Notes under the pieces: generated by a model
Seen by the model: the letters and a program-made list of their open reading frames with translations, nothing else
What the model was told of the DNA's origin: nothing
Databases searched by the model: none
Shown: positions 7,306 through 16,872 of the stretch, in pieces
Position numbering within the stretch: the stretch's first letter is position 1
How the letters are laid out: the number at the start of each line of letters is the position of its first letter
Assembly: GCA_017608945.1 (NCBI GenBank)
Contig: JAFCEY010000003.1
Span: 1-37,845, forward strand
Origin: Candidatus Pacearchaeota archaeon
Lineage (GTDB): Archaea; Nanobdellota; Nanobdellia; Pacearchaeales; GW2011-AR1
DNA length: 37,845 nucleotides
Direction: 5' to 3'
Translations under genes and position numbers: made by a program

Positions 7306-9729
7306 TTATTTTTCATTAATTTCTTGAACTCTTACTAAATCTGTAACATAGTCTCCAGGATGAAGCTTTACAATTCTAACCCCTCGTGCAGCTCTTCCCA
7401 TTGTTCTTATATTTTTTAATCCAGTTCTAATAACCATTCCTTTGGCTGTAGTTATTATTATATTATCTTCAGGATTAACAGAAATTGTCTTGACAATTTC
7501 TCCTGTCTTTTCTGAAACTTTCAAGTTAATCACTCCTTTTCCAGCTCTTGCAGTTTTCCTATAATCTTCAACAGCAGTTCTTTTTCCATAACCATTTTTT
7601 GTTATTGTTAAAACTTCCTTTGTATTTAAAATTTCTAAACTCACAACCTCATCACCTTGCTCAAGTTTAATTCCAGTAACACCGTAACTTGCTCTTCCCA
7701 TGTTTCTTACTTTGTCTTCACTAAATCTAATTGCCTGGCCTTTTTTTGTAACTAATAGGACTTCCTGTCCTTTTTTAATTATTTGCACATCTACTAAATA
7801 ATCTTCTGAACTTGGTAAATTAATTGCCTTTACACCAGAAGTTCTTGGTTTTGAAAAATTGCTCAATGAAATTTTTTTAACAATTCCTTTTTTTGTTACC
7901 ATGAATAAATCATCTTTAAATTCCTTTACAGCTATTACAGTAGCTATGCTTTCATCTTTAAGATTGAGAAGGTTAACTATTGCCTTTCCCTTACTATATC
8001 TTTCAGCTTCTGGAATCTCATAAGCTTTAAGCCATAAAACTCTTCCTTTAGATGTAAAAAATAATAAATAGTCGTGTGTTGAACATGTTATAAGTTCTTT
8101 TACAAAATCTCCTGTTGCTAAATTTGTTCCTAGAATTCCCCTTCCACCTCTCCTTTGTTCTTTGTAAGTTTTTACATCCATTCTCTTACAATACCCCTTG
8201 CCAGTTATAGTTATAACAACATCTTTTTTTTGTATCAAATCTTTTTCAGAAATTTCCCTAATTTTATCTAAAATTCCTGTTTTTCTTTTGTCTCCATATT
8301 TATTTTTTAATTCATTAACTTCCTTAACAATTATTTTTAATATTTCCTTTTCATCTGACAAAATTTTTTCAAGATATGTTATTTTTTTTGTTAATTCCTC
8401 ACATTCGTTTTTTAATTTGCTTTGCTCAAGGGATGTCAATTGTTGAAGTTTTGTTTCTAAAATTGCTTTAGCCTGTTTTTCACTTAATAAGAAATTTTTC
8501 ATTAAAAAACTTGAAGCTTCTGAAGTGTTTTTAGATTTTTTTATTAGATTTATAACTTTGTCAATATTTTTTAATGCTATAATTAATCCATTTACAACCT
8601 CTAATCTTTCTTTTGCTTTTTTTAATTCAAATTTTGCTCTGTTTTTTATTATTATTACTCTATAATTTACATATCCTTCAAGAATTTGTTTTAAATTCAA
8701 GATTTTTGGTTGTCCGTTTACTAAAGCGAGAAAATTAGCATTAAAAGAATCTTGGAGCCGAGTGTAATTGTATAAAGAATTAATTACGAGTTTTGAATTT
8801 GTTCCTTTCCGTAATTCAAGAACAATTCTTATTTTTCCCTTTGAACTCTCATCACGCAAATCTGAAACATCTCTTATTTTTTTAGATTGAATTAAACTTG
8901 CGATTTGGCTTACAAGAGAGGATTTATTAAGGATGTAAGGAATTTCTGTTATAATCACTAGCTCCTTATTTTTTGACGTTTCTGTTGTAACCTTTCCTCT
9001 TATTATTAATTTTCCTTTCCCCTCTTTGTACATTTCGACCATGTTTCCATGAACAATTCCTCCAGTTGGAAAATCAGGGCCTTTAACAATTTCACAAAGC
9101 TCTTCTATACTAATATTAGGTTTTTTAATATAAGCAATAATTGCATTACATACTTCAGTTAAGTTGTGAGGAGGGATGTTAGTTGCCATGCCTACTGCAA
9201 TTCCAGAAGCACCATTTAGAATCAAAGCTGGAAGTTTTCCTGGAAGCAATTCTGGCTCTTTAAGAGAATTATCAAAATTAGGAATAAATTTTACAGTCTC
9301 TTTATCTATATCTTTCAAGAGTTCAATTGAAATAGGAGCTAATTTTGCTTCGGTGTATCTGTAAGCTGCAGGCGGATCTCCATCAATACTTCCAAAATTT
9401 CCTTGCCCAATAATCAGTGGATATCGCAAAGAGAAACTCTGAGCCATTCTTACTAATGCATCATAAACAGCTGTATCTCCATGAGGATGAAATTTACCAA
9501 TCACATCTCCGACAATTCTTGCTGATTTTTTTGTTGTTGATTCTGGTTTTAGTCCCATTAGATACATTGAATAAAGAATTCTTCTTTGCACAGGTTTAAG
9601 ACCATCTTCAAGACTAGGAATTGCTCTTGAAACAATTACAGACATAGCATAATCTAAATATGCTTTTTTCATTTCTTCTGAAATTTCAGAATTCATGATT
9701 TTTTCTTCAGAATCTTTTTCTTGTGTCAT
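7306..9729 (-). CDS. gyrA: DNA gyrase subunit A
   Basis: [18 protein letters not shown], active-site region [10 protein letters not shown], and repeated beta-pinwheel-like C-terminal blades (GRGG / GVxxIxL). 807 aa. Confidence 0.95.
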   Translation of the reverse strand: MTQEKDSEEKIMNSEISEEMKKAYLDYAMSVIVSRAIPSLEDGLKPVQRRILYSMYLMGLKPESTTKKSARIVGDVIGKFHPHGDTAVYDALVRMAQSFSLRYPLIIGQGNFGSIDGDPPAAYRYTEAKLAPISIELLKDIDKETVKFIPNFDNSLKEPELLPGKLPALILNGASGIAVGMATNIPPHNLTEVCNAIIAYIKKPNISIEELCEIVKGPDFPTGGIVHGNMVEMYKEGKGKLIIRGKVTTETSKNKELVIITEIPYILNKSSLVSQIASLIQSKKIRDVSDLRDESSKGKIRIVLELRKGTNSKLVINSLYNYTRLQDSFNANFLALVNGQPKILNLKQILEGYVNYRVIIIKNRAKFELKKAKERLEVVNGLIIALKNIDKVINLIKKSKNTSEASSFLMKNFLLSEKQAKAILETKLQQLTSLEQSKLKNECEELTKKITYLEKILSDEKEILKIIVKEVNELKNKYGDKRKTGILDKIREISEKDLIQKKDVVITITGKGYCKRMDVKTYKEQRRGGRGILGTNLATGDFVKELITCSTHDYLLFFTSKGRVLWLKAYEIPEAERYSKGKAIVNLLNLKDESIATVIAVKEFKDDLFMVTKKGIVKKISLSNFSKPRTSGVKAINLPSSEDYLVDVQIIKKGQEVLLVTKKGQAIRFSEDKVRNMGRASYGVTGIKLEQGDEVVSLEILNTKEVLTITKNGYGKRTAVEDYRKTARAGKGVINLKVSEKTGEIVKTISVNPEDNIIITTAKGMVIRTGLKNIRTMGRAARGVRIVKLHPGDYVTDLVRVQEINEK

Positions 9730-9735
9730 TTTTTA

Positions 9736-10263
9736 TTATCTTTTCATTTTTTTACTTTTATTTACTATTTCTTCAAGATTACCTTTGTTCATTTGCTTCT
9801 TTTTTCTTTCAATATACATCCTCATGTCTATTGAGTAATCAGCAATATTTTTAAGAGAGCTACAATTTCCTTCATTTGAACTGACATAAACAGCAAGGCT
9901 TTCTTTTTTGTATTTTTTAGCTTTATAAAAAATTGGCAAAAAGGAACTATCTCTTGAAACCACAGCAATCATGTCAATATTCTCTTTAATAATAAATTCA
10001 ACAGCGTCTGCAGTTAATAAAGTATCAATGTCAGAAAGTCCTATTCTTGGCTCAAATCCTTGATTAAAAACATATTCTATTAATTTTGGGTGTTCAGTTG
10101 CATGATGTGATAAATATGCTCTTTTAACATAAATCTTTCCATACTGTTTAATAGCCTCTTGGATATCCTCTAATCCAACAAAATTAAATTCATTTCTTAG
10201 TATGTTTGGGCCGTCCAATAAAACTGCGATTTTTTTCTCTTTCTTATTTATTTCTTTTTCCAT
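9736..10263 (-). CDS. NYN-domain (LabA-like) predicted ribonuclease
   Basis: KIAVLLDGPNIL at the N-terminus, D-rich centre (LSDIDTLLTADAVEF) and IAVVSRDSSFLPIFYKAKKYKKESLAV match the NYN/LabA pattern (vfiDgeN ... D..l ... SgDsDf.pl ... G..V). The stop lies 6 nt before the gyrA ATG. Confidence 0.7.
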   Translation of the reverse strand: MEKEINKKEKKIAVLLDGPNILRNEFNFVGLEDIQEAIKQYGKIYVKRAYLSHHATEHPKLIEYVFNQGFEPRIGLSDIDTLLTADAVEFIIKENIDMIAVVSRDSSFLPIFYKAKKYKKESLAVYVSSNEGNCSSLKNIADYSIDMRMYIERKKKQMNKGNLEEIVNKSKKMKR

Positions 10264-10264
10264 T

Positions 10265-10537
10265 TTATAATTTTTTTCTATTTAAATATTCAATAAATTT
10301 TTCTTCATTTAATTCTTTTTCATTAATATTTTTTCCTTTCCATTTACATTTTTTGCATTGCCATTTGTTCTGTGTTAAAGGTTTTCCTTCTTCATTTCCA
10401 AGAATTACAGAGACATCATCGCTTCCACATGCAGGACAAAATTTAATCTTAAAGGTTTTGGATTTTTTGCGTGTTTCAGTCCTCGGCGAGCTTCCTTGCA
10501 AAATCCAATCAGGAGTTTTTATCTTACTTTTTCCCAT
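10265..10537 (-). CDS. Small basic C4 zinc-ribbon protein (90 aa)
   Basis: CPACGS ...(21 aa)... CKKCKW gives two CxxC knuckles, with a Lys-rich N-terminus. The stop lies 1 nt before the NYN ATG, and the start overlaps the upstream gene by 19 nt. Confidence 0.55.
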   Translation of the reverse strand: MGKSKIKTPDWILQGSSPRTETRKKSKTFKIKFCPACGSDDVSVILGNEEGKPLTQNKWQCKKCKWKGKNINEKELNEEKFIEYLNRKKL

Positions 10538-10848
10538 TTTTCTTTTTTCATATTAAAAGAATAAATTTCATCTGAACAATTATATTTTGAGCAGGTATAT
10601 ATAACAGAGGTAAATATTTTTAATGTTTTATTTACACATATGTTATTTTCTAATTCAAATCCCTTGTAACATTTTGGTTTTTCTTTTTCTATACAATCAC
10701 AATTTTCAGAGAGCCATTCTTCTAAAGTTTGTTTGTTATCTTTTATTGTATTGATTGTAATTTTTTTTATATTAGTTACCATAATTAGAGTTAGTGCTAA
10801 TGCAATTAATACTACAATGAGTCTTTTTTCACTTTTGTTTATTTTCAT
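10519..10848 (-). CDS. Signal-anchored Cys-rich small protein (109 aa)
   Basis: N-terminal helix LIVVLIALALTLIMV, then six Cys (NCDC, KC, IC, TC, NC). ATGA start/stop overlap with the upstream gene at 10845-10848. Confidence 0.5.
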   Translation of the reverse strand: MKINKSEKRLIVVLIALALTLIMVTNIKKITINTIKDNKQTLEEWLSENCDCIEKEKPKCYKGFELENNICVNKTLKIFTSVIYTCSKYNCSDEIYSFNMKKEKWEKVR

Positions 10849-11264
10849 TTTTTGATAATTTTTGCTTCTAATTTTATTAATGAATTTGTATTATAAACTT
10901 CTCCCCCTATTTTTTCAAATAAACTATATTTTATTGCTCTTGGATAGAGTATATCCATAAATTCTCTTCTATCTAAAGTTTTTTTCACAAAAAGATTATC
11001 ATCAACCTCTTTTATAGTGTCTTTTGCTTTAATTCCAATCATTGAAGCACCATAATATTTTGCATTTTTTATTATCTCTTTAATAAGATTTTTTGTAACA
11101 GGATAAAATCCTTCATGAACTAAAATAATATCATCTTTCTTTAAATTATACTTTTCAGTTAAAGTTTTTATATTTCTGTCTTTAATAAGTATTATTTTGT
11201 CAACTAAAGATTTGAATTTGTTCTTTGCTTTACAATCTACATTAATAAAAGCTAATTTTTTCAT
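10845..11264 (-). CDS. Short IspD/TarI-like nucleotidyltransferase-fold protein, apparently truncated and catalytically degenerate
   Basis: IILVHEGFYPV...GASMIGIKAKDTIKEVDDNLFVKKTLDRREFMDILYPRAIKYSLF lines up by eye with the IspD core (vLVHDAARP ... a.pv.DTiK.v ... tlDR..l....TPQ.F....l). The N-terminal Gly-rich NTP loop is absent, and D, R and TPQ positions are replaced. The start was set to the ATG at 11264, 1 nt after the gyrB stop; the track start at 11327 would overlap gyrB by 62 nt. Confidence 0.4.
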   Translation of the reverse strand: MKKLAFINVDCKAKNKFKSLVDKIILIKDRNIKTLTEKYNLKKDDIILVHEGFYPVTKNLIKEIIKNAKYYGASMIGIKAKDTIKEVDDNLFVKKTLDRREFMDILYPRAIKYSLFEKIGGEVYNTNSLIKLEAKIIKK

Positions 11265-11265
11265 T

Positions 11266-13140
11266 TTATATGTCGAGATTTGCCTCCTTTGCATTTTCTG
11301 AGATAAAAGCTTTTCTTGCAGCAACATCGCTTCCCATCAACATTGTAAATACTCTATCTGCTTCAATTGCATCTTCTATAAACACCTTGTTCATTTTTCT
11401 TGTTGAGGGGTTCATTGTGGTTTGCCACAATTGCTCTGGAGACATTTCTCCCAATCCTTTAAATCTTGTTACAATAGCTGTACCCAGTTTTTCAGTTAAT
11501 TTCTTTAATTCTTCATCAGAGTATACATAATAATCTTTCTTTTTCCTAACTCTGTATAATGGAGGCAAAGCGACATAAACATGCCCATTTTCAATTAATC
11601 CTGGCATGAACCTGAAGAAAAAAGTGAGTAATAAAGTTTTAATATGTTCTCCATCAACATCAGCGTCTGTCATTATGATTATTTTTCTGTATCTTAATTT
11701 TTTAATGTCAAATTGATCTCCAGTTCCTGTTCCTATTGTTGTTATAATATTGATAATTTCTTCACTTGACAGCGCCTTTACTGGGCTTGTCTTTTCAACA
11801 TTTATTATTTTTCCTTGTACAGGAAGTATTGCTTGAAATTCTTTATCTCTTGCTAATTTAGCGCTTCCTCCTGCACTCTCTCCTTCAACAATATAGAGTT
11901 CTGTGCTCTCTTTTCTTTTGTTTGAGCAATCTGCGAGTTTTCCTGGCAAACCTGAAAATGAAAATGCATTTTTTCTTCTTACTATATCCTTTGCTTTTTT
12001 TGCAGCAATTCTTGCTTTGGCAGCTTCAGCCACTTTCATAGCTATTTTTTTTGCTATTGTTGGATTCTCTTCAAAAAATTCTGACAAACAAGAAGTTGTG
12101 ATAGAATCAACAAAACCTTTTACTTCAGAATTCCCAAGTTTAGTTTTTGTTTGTCCTTCAAATTGTGGATTTGGAATTTTAATATTTATAATTGCAGTTA
12201 ATCCTTCTCTTACATCTTCTCCTGTTAAAGATTCCTTTATTATGTTGTTCTTTTTTGCATAATCATTTATAACTCTTGTTAAGGCTGTTTTAAATCCTGA
12301 AACATGAGTCCCTCCTTCAATAGTATTGATAGTATTTACAAAACCAAAGATGTTTTCTCTATAACCAGAATTATATTGTATAACGACTTCAATTACTGTA
12401 TGATCTGCATCTTTTTTAAAATAAATTGGCTTATGTAAAATCTCTTTAGCCTCGTTTATCCATTTGATAAAATCTATTAGTCCCCCGTTATGAATAAAAT
12501 CTTTTTTAATTTTTTTTATTTCATCCTTTAAAGAAATTTTCAGTCCAGGATTTAAAAAGGCAAGTTCAGAAAATCTTGTGTCCAAGATTTTAGAATCAAA
12601 TTTTGTTGTTGAGAATATCTGCTCATCAGGAAAAAAAATCACTTTAGTTCCTGTTTCATTTTTTGGACATTTTCCAATAATTTCAAGTTTTGTTTTTGCT
12701 TTCCCCCTTGAATATTCTTGTTTATAAACATTGCCATCTCTTTTAATCTCAATAACAAACTTTTTAGATAAGGCATTTACTACACTTACACCAACACCAT
12801 GTAGGCCGCCCGAAATTGTATAAGCTTTGTTATCAAATTTCCCTCCTGCATGTAATTTTGTTAAGACAATTTCTACAGTTGGAGCTTTAAATTGCTGGTG
12901 AATATCAACAGGAATTCCTCTTCCATTATCTTCAATTTCCACAGAACCATCTTTATGGAGGATAACTTTTATTTCTTTGCAGTAACCTGCAAGAGCTTCA
13001 TCAATGGAATTATCAACTACTTCATAAATCAAATGATGTAATCCTTCTTTGCCAGTATTTCCAATATACATTGCTGGCCTTTTTCTTACTCCTTCTAAGC
13101 CATCTAAAACTTTTATCTGTTTTCCTGTATATTCTTCCAT
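11266..13140 (-). CDS. gyrB: DNA gyrase subunit B
   Basis: GHKL ATPase motif HHLIYEVVDNSIDEA and GLHGVG. TOPRIM motifs EGESAGGSAK and IMTDADVDGEHI. The listed start at 13167 is TTG; the ATG at 13140 gives MEEYTGKQIKVLDGLEGVRKRPAMYIG, a typical GyrB N-terminus. Confidence 0.95.
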   Translation of the reverse strand: MEEYTGKQIKVLDGLEGVRKRPAMYIGNTGKEGLHHLIYEVVDNSIDEALAGYCKEIKVILHKDGSVEIEDNGRGIPVDIHQQFKAPTVEIVLTKLHAGGKFDNKAYTISGGLHGVGVSVVNALSKKFVIEIKRDGNVYKQEYSRGKAKTKLEIIGKCPKNETGTKVIFFPDEQIFSTTKFDSKILDTRFSELAFLNPGLKISLKDEIKKIKKDFIHNGGLIDFIKWINEAKEILHKPIYFKKDADHTVIEVVIQYNSGYRENIFGFVNTINTIEGGTHVSGFKTALTRVINDYAKKNNIIKESLTGEDVREGLTAIINIKIPNPQFEGQTKTKLGNSEVKGFVDSITTSCLSEFFEENPTIAKKIAMKVAEAAKARIAAKKAKDIVRRKNAFSFSGLPGKLADCSNKRKESTELYIVEGESAGGSAKLARDKEFQAILPVQGKIINVEKTSPVKALSSEEIINIITTIGTGTGDQFDIKKLRYRKIIIMTDADVDGEHIKTLLLTFFFRFMPGLIENGHVYVALPPLYRVRKKKDYYVYSDEELKKLTEKLGTAIVTRFKGLGEMSPEQLWQTTMNPSTRKMNKVFIEDAIEADRVFTMLMGSDVAARKAFISENAKEANLDI

Positions 13141-13299
13141 TTTAGGATAGCCTCTGCTAACTATCAATTATTTTTGATTAGGAATACTCTATTTAGATTC
13201 CTTTATTCTATTATAAAAAAGCTCTTTCCTTTATAAATCTTTCCAGACAAAAAAAGCGATTTATCGACGAGAAAATGGAAAATTAGAAGGATTTTTATT

Positions 13300-13464
13300 T
13301 TATTTTTTCTTTTTAGCCTTTTTAATCCATCTTACTTTCCTTCTTTTCATTAACATGTTTTTTCTGCATTTTCCAGAACATAAATGTTTTACAGTTCCAT
13401 CATTTTTAACTAAGGTAAGTCCTTTATGAATGCTATACTCTTTTCCACAATAAGAACATTTCAT
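13300..13464 (-). CDS. rpl24e: 50S ribosomal protein L24e (54 aa), missing from the ORF track because it is under 60 aa
   Basis: Hand translation of the minus strand gives MKCSYCGKEYSIHKGLTLVKNDGTVKHLCSGKCRKNMLMKRRKVRWIKKAKKKK then TAA. The C-x2-C ... C-x3-C zinc-ribbon pattern and KNDGTV..LCS.KC match eL24. It starts 6 nt after the S28e stop, giving the classic L7Ae-S28e-L24e order. Confidence 0.85.
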   Translation of the reverse strand: MKCSYCGKEYSIHKGLTLVKNDGTVKHLCSGKCRKNMLMKRRKVRWIKKAKKKK

Positions 13465-13469
13465 TGTAT

Positions 13470-13745
13470 TTAGGTGTAACTTCCTTTAGTTACATTGGAT
13501 TTTATTTTTCTTGCTTCAATGTCAGTTTCTCTTAACATTAAGATATCTCCAATTCTTACAGGCCCTTTTACATTTCTTCTCATTACTCTACCTTTATCTT
13601 TCCCTGCTTGAATTAAACATTTAACTTGAGTTACCTCTCCTCTAAATCCTGTTCTTCCTACAATTTCCTCTACAAGAGCAGGGACAGGCTCTCCAGTTAT
13701 TTTTTCTTTTCCTCTAGTTTCTTTTGTTCTTTGGCTTTTAATCAT
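13470..13745 (-). CDS. rps28e: 30S ribosomal protein S28e
   Basis: [20 protein letters not shown]...[26 protein letters not shown] is the S28e signature. The track start at 13757 is TTG; the ATG at 13745 is used here. Confidence 0.9.
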   Translation of the reverse strand: MIKSQRTKETRGKEKITGEPVPALVEEIVGRTGFRGEVTQVKCLIQAGKDKGRVMRRNVKGPVRIGDILMLRETDIEARKIKSNVTKGSYT

Positions 13746-13819
13746 TTTAATAATCAAGATTTAATCCAAGTTTATTTGTATCAAAATTAATGTCTTTTAA
13801 GCCCTCTATATTATTCATT

Positions 13820-14125
13820 TTATTTTAAAGCATTAATGTCTTTTTCAGCATCTCCAGTTTCTATAACAGCCACAGAAGATGTTGCTACTGGAATTCCTGC
13901 TGCTATTCCTAATTTTTGCTTACTATCTACTTCATGACAGGGAATTTTCTTTTCTTTGCATAAAATTGGTAAATGAGCAACTATTTCTTTTGGTTCAACA
14001 TCCATGGCATAGACAACAAACTTTGCTGTTCCTCTTTCAATTGCTTTAGTAACTTCGTTTGTTCCTTTTTCAATTTTCCCTGTCTTTCTTGCTTTTTCTA
14101 TTATTTCATATATTTCAGCCGCCAT
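13820..14125 (-). CDS. rpl7ae: 50S ribosomal protein L7Ae (K-turn binding)
   Basis: [50 protein letters not shown] matches L7Ae/L30e-family core motifs. Confidence 0.9.
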   Translation of the reverse strand: MAAEIYEIIEKARKTGKIEKGTNEVTKAIERGTAKFVVYAMDVEPKEIVAHLPILCKEKKIPCHEVDSKQKLGIAAGIPVATSSVAVIETGDAEKDINALK

Positions 14126-14375
14126 TTTATTATCTTTTTATCTTTTTGAGCAAAAAATTCTTTTTAATTCTTTTTTTTCGAAGTTTTTGGTTTTAAACAA
14201 TCTTAAAATAAAAATTTGGTTTATAAAGTTTTCTTGCTAATTGAATTGTTGCATTAAAGGTTGGTAGAACCAATTAAAAAATACTCTTAGCTAGCCTCTT
14301 TCTTATGTAAATAATTTCTTATTTATATATTTAACTTTTCTAAAACTCTCTCGTCGACAATCACAAGAGAGCTTG

Positions 14376-15221
14376 CTAATTAAGAATCTTAAAATCCACT
14401 CTGATTCTAAACTCATAAGGAGCTATTTCTCCTGCTTTTTTAACTTTTAATATTTCTATTTTCCTTTTCTTTTTTAGAGCCTCTTGTTTTATTTTTTCAA
14501 TAATTTTTTCAATTTCATTTTCTTTACAAAAATCATAATAATAAATTATTGTCCCTTTTTTAGATAATAAAAAAGCTTGTTTTAAAAAAGAATCTTTAAT
14601 TTTTGGACGAGGCATAACAATATAATCAAATTTTTTTGGAACAGAAATTTTTCTTGAGTTTATTTTTAATTCAAATCCTTTTTTTATTTTTTCAACAATT
14701 TTTTTAATATTTCCTGGAAGCAAAAAAACTTTATCTTTAACTTTATTTAATTGCACATTCAGCTTAGCATATTCATTTGCTTCTCTGTTTATTTCATTAG
14801 AAAAAACCTTGGCTTTGGAGTTTTTTGCAATAACAATACTATAAGGACCAACCCCAGCAAACATAACTAAAACCTTTCCATTATTTATCATAGAAGCTAC
14901 TTCTTTTCTTTCATTGCTTAATCGTGGAGAAAAATAAACCTTATCAACATTAAATCTAAAAACACAGCCATTTTCTTTATATAAAGCCTCTTTGGTTTTT
15001 TCTCCTAAAAGCCATTTTGTTTTTTGTTTTCGAAGCTTGCCTTTAAATTTCTCTACTTTCTCCAAGATAGTTTTTATTGACTTATTGTTAGCAAGGATTT
15101 TTTCAGCAAATCTTTTTTTTTCTGCTGCTTTTGCTTCTTTTGGAAATTTTACAATTACAATATTTCCTAAAACATCGTATGAATGAAGATGAGAATATTT
15201 TTTGTTTGTGTTTTTATTCAT
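14376..15221 (-). CDS. trm5: tRNA (guanine37-N1)-methyltransferase Trm5-family (Met-10 type)
   Basis: YDVLGNIVIVKFP, FRFNVDKVYFSPRLSNER, SAM-binding loop VLVMFAGVGPYSI and IVMPRP (equivalent of the NLP loop) follow the Trm5/Taw22 pattern. Confidence 0.8.
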   Translation of the reverse strand: MNKNTNKKYSHLHSYDVLGNIVIVKFPKEAKAAEKKRFAEKILANNKSIKTILEKVEKFKGKLRKQKTKWLLGEKTKEALYKENGCVFRFNVDKVYFSPRLSNERKEVASMINNGKVLVMFAGVGPYSIVIAKNSKAKVFSNEINREANEYAKLNVQLNKVKDKVFLLPGNIKKIVEKIKKGFELKINSRKISVPKKFDYIVMPRPKIKDSFLKQAFLLSKKGTIIYYYDFCKENEIEKIIEKIKQEALKKKRKIEILKVKKAGEIAPYEFRIRVDFKILN

Positions 15222-15314
15222 AAATCAACAAGCAAAAAAGAGTAATTAAATTTTTTCCTAGATTAAAAATTTTTAGTCTCTTTATTTTATTATAAATTTT
15301 TAATTACTTTCCAA

Positions 15315-16013
15315 TTATCTCCCAAACCTCCACCCTTCTCTTTCTTTCCCTTCAGAAATTTCTGAAACTGCTTTAGTTAAAGCTTCTCCTGCTTTTGCTC
15401 CTGTCTCTATTTTCAATCTTTCCTCTTCTTCTTTCATTTTTCTCCTGCTTTCTGCAATCTGTTTTCCAAATTTTTTTATTAGGGCAAATAAAATTACAAG
15501 AACTAATATAATTATTATACCTAAGATTAATTTCATCCACAATGGTTTATCCCCAAAAAAAAGCGTCATTAAAAAATTTACCTGTTTTTCAAATAATTTT
15601 AAATGAGACATAATTACAACTAAAGTTAAAGATATACCAAGAGGTATTGGTTTAGAAAAAGAAGTATAATATTTAAAAATTCTGTGAAAAATAAAAAAGA
15701 AAATAGACCATAAAGCAATTATTAAAAATAATTTTAAAGACAAGGAATAAGGTTCAGCAAATAAAACAACAAAGACTGTGTTTATCTTTTGAAAAAAAGA
15801 ATCTATACCCTTAATTATCGGCTCTTCTAAGAGTATGCTCTTCCATTCTTCTCCAAGATATTCCCATTTTTCATTTAATTTTAGTGTTTCTTCTTCAATA
15901 TTCTCTGGATTTAATATAGAGGATGATGTAATTTTTTCTTGAGATTTTATTACATTGAAAGTTAAGGATAAAATCAATAAACTTAAAATAAAAATTATAG
16001 ATAATTTTTTCAT
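15315..16013 (-). CDS. Multipass membrane protein, family member A (signal peptide, ~50-aa ectodomain, 4 TM helices, charged tail)
   Basis: MKKLSIIFILSLLILSLTFNVIKS signal peptide. Shares LFAEP...IALW...FSKPIPLGISL blocks with the next gene. Confidence 0.55.
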   Translation of the reverse strand: MKKLSIIFILSLLILSLTFNVIKSQEKITSSSILNPENIEEETLKLNEKWEYLGEEWKSILLEEPIIKGIDSFFQKINTVFVVLFAEPYSLSLKLFLIIALWSIFFFIFHRIFKYYTSFSKPIPLGISLTLVVIMSHLKLFEKQVNFLMTLFFGDKPLWMKLILGIIIILVLVILFALIKKFGKQIAESRRKMKEEEERLKIETGAKAGEALTKAVSEISEGKEREGWRFGR

Positions 16014-16117
16014 ATTAAATTATAGGATATATAATTTAAAAATCTAATGCAGAAATTTCATGTAAACCAATGTCCTGAGAAATTTCTGGCAAGTTATTGG
16101 CCTAGTTCTTCTAAAAA

Positions 16118-16825
16118 TTATTTACCTAATTCTTCTAAACCTTTTCCTGCTTCTCCAAGTCCTTTTATTACCCCTTTTAATTTTGCGCCTCCAGCTTCTG
16201 CTTTTGCAGAAGCCATCATTGCTCTTCTTCTTAATATCCATTTTTTAGCTTTCCATATCCCTAAATTAACAACTACAAATGCAGCTAAAGCAGCTCCTAA
16301 TGCAGTATATACAGCAAGAACTCCTGCAAAAGAAAAAATTCCTGTTAACACAGCGGCTATTTTTATTACAAGTCCAATATTCGCTGCAATAACAGCAATT
16401 AAAAATCCTACACTCCAAGAAACCCATTTTGAAAAACTACTGAAAGTTGCTATTATATCAGAAAAAGTTAAAAATAACAAAAGCCATATAGCAATTGTTA
16501 CTATCCCTGCGCTTATAGCATTAATTCCTGTATAATATAAAGGCTCTCCAAAAATATAACGCAAAACATTTGCAAATGCTTTTGTACCAAGTATTTCAAA
16601 CCAACTTCCAGGCTCTATAGACTCTATTGCTGAACCAGTAATTTTATTTGTTTGAATAGTAATGATTAGAAGTAATGACAGTGCAAAAATAAAAAAAGCA
16701 ATTACAAATAAAGCTAATAATTTTTTATTAAAAAGCTTAGTTTTCTTAACCTTATTAACTTTAGAGTTTTTTATTTTTCCCTTTTTTTTCATTATCCAGT
16801 TTAAATCTTTTATATTTATAAACAT
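16118..16825 (-). CDS. Multipass membrane protein, family member B (paralog of 15315..16013)
   Basis: Basic N-terminus, TM anchor, then IFGEP...IAIW...FSSFSKWVSWSVGFL and an Ala/Gly-rich TM bundle, with a tail RRRAMMASAKAEAGGAKLKG. The true start may be the internal Met at 16792. Confidence 0.55.
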   Translation of the reverse strand: MFINIKDLNWIMKKKGKIKNSKVNKVKKTKLFNKKLLALFVIAFFIFALSLLLIITIQTNKITGSAIESIEPGSWFEILGTKAFANVLRYIFGEPLYYTGINAISAGIVTIAIWLLLFLTFSDIIATFSSFSKWVSWSVGFLIAVIAANIGLVIKIAAVLTGIFSFAGVLAVYTALGAALAAFVVVNLGIWKAKKWILRRRAMMASAKAEAGGAKLKGVIKGLGEAGKGLEELGK

Positions 16826-16842
16826 TTTGTTAATAAAGATAA

Positions 16843-16853
16843 GTTTATAAAAA
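16843..16853 (+). promoter_or_regulatory. Candidate TATA box (gtttataaaaa) for the 16873 gene
   Basis: Centred ~25 nt upstream of the ATG at 16873. Confidence 0.35.
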
Positions 16854-16872
16854 TGGTTGAATTTACTTATTT

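Noticed and set aside
13141-13167. N-terminal extensions proposed by the ORF track from TTG or GTG codons (gyrB 13167, S28e 13757, serpin 20420, polB 20878, Cys-rich protein 5408, IspD-like 11327)
   Set aside because: In each case a downstream ATG gives the canonical family N-terminus, removes an overlap with the neighbouring gene, or fits the phased TATA box.
13264-14357. Inverted 9-mer tcgacgaga / tctcgtcga (13264-13272 and 14349-14357) bracketing the L7Ae-S28e-L24e operon, plus a CTCTCT-N14-AGAGAG hairpin (14346-14371) just after the trm5 stop
   Set aside because: A single 9-nt match 1.1 kb apart is within reach of chance once all possible pairs are considered. The hairpin has a 14-nt loop and only 6 bp. 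It could be a weak terminator, but I cannot support it as a feature.
16047-16535. 162-aa plus-strand ORF antisense to membrane protein B
   Set aside because: It is an Ala/Pro-rich mirror of the Ala/Gly-rich TM protein on the minus strand. It has no start context, and the minus-strand gene has a paralog next door.
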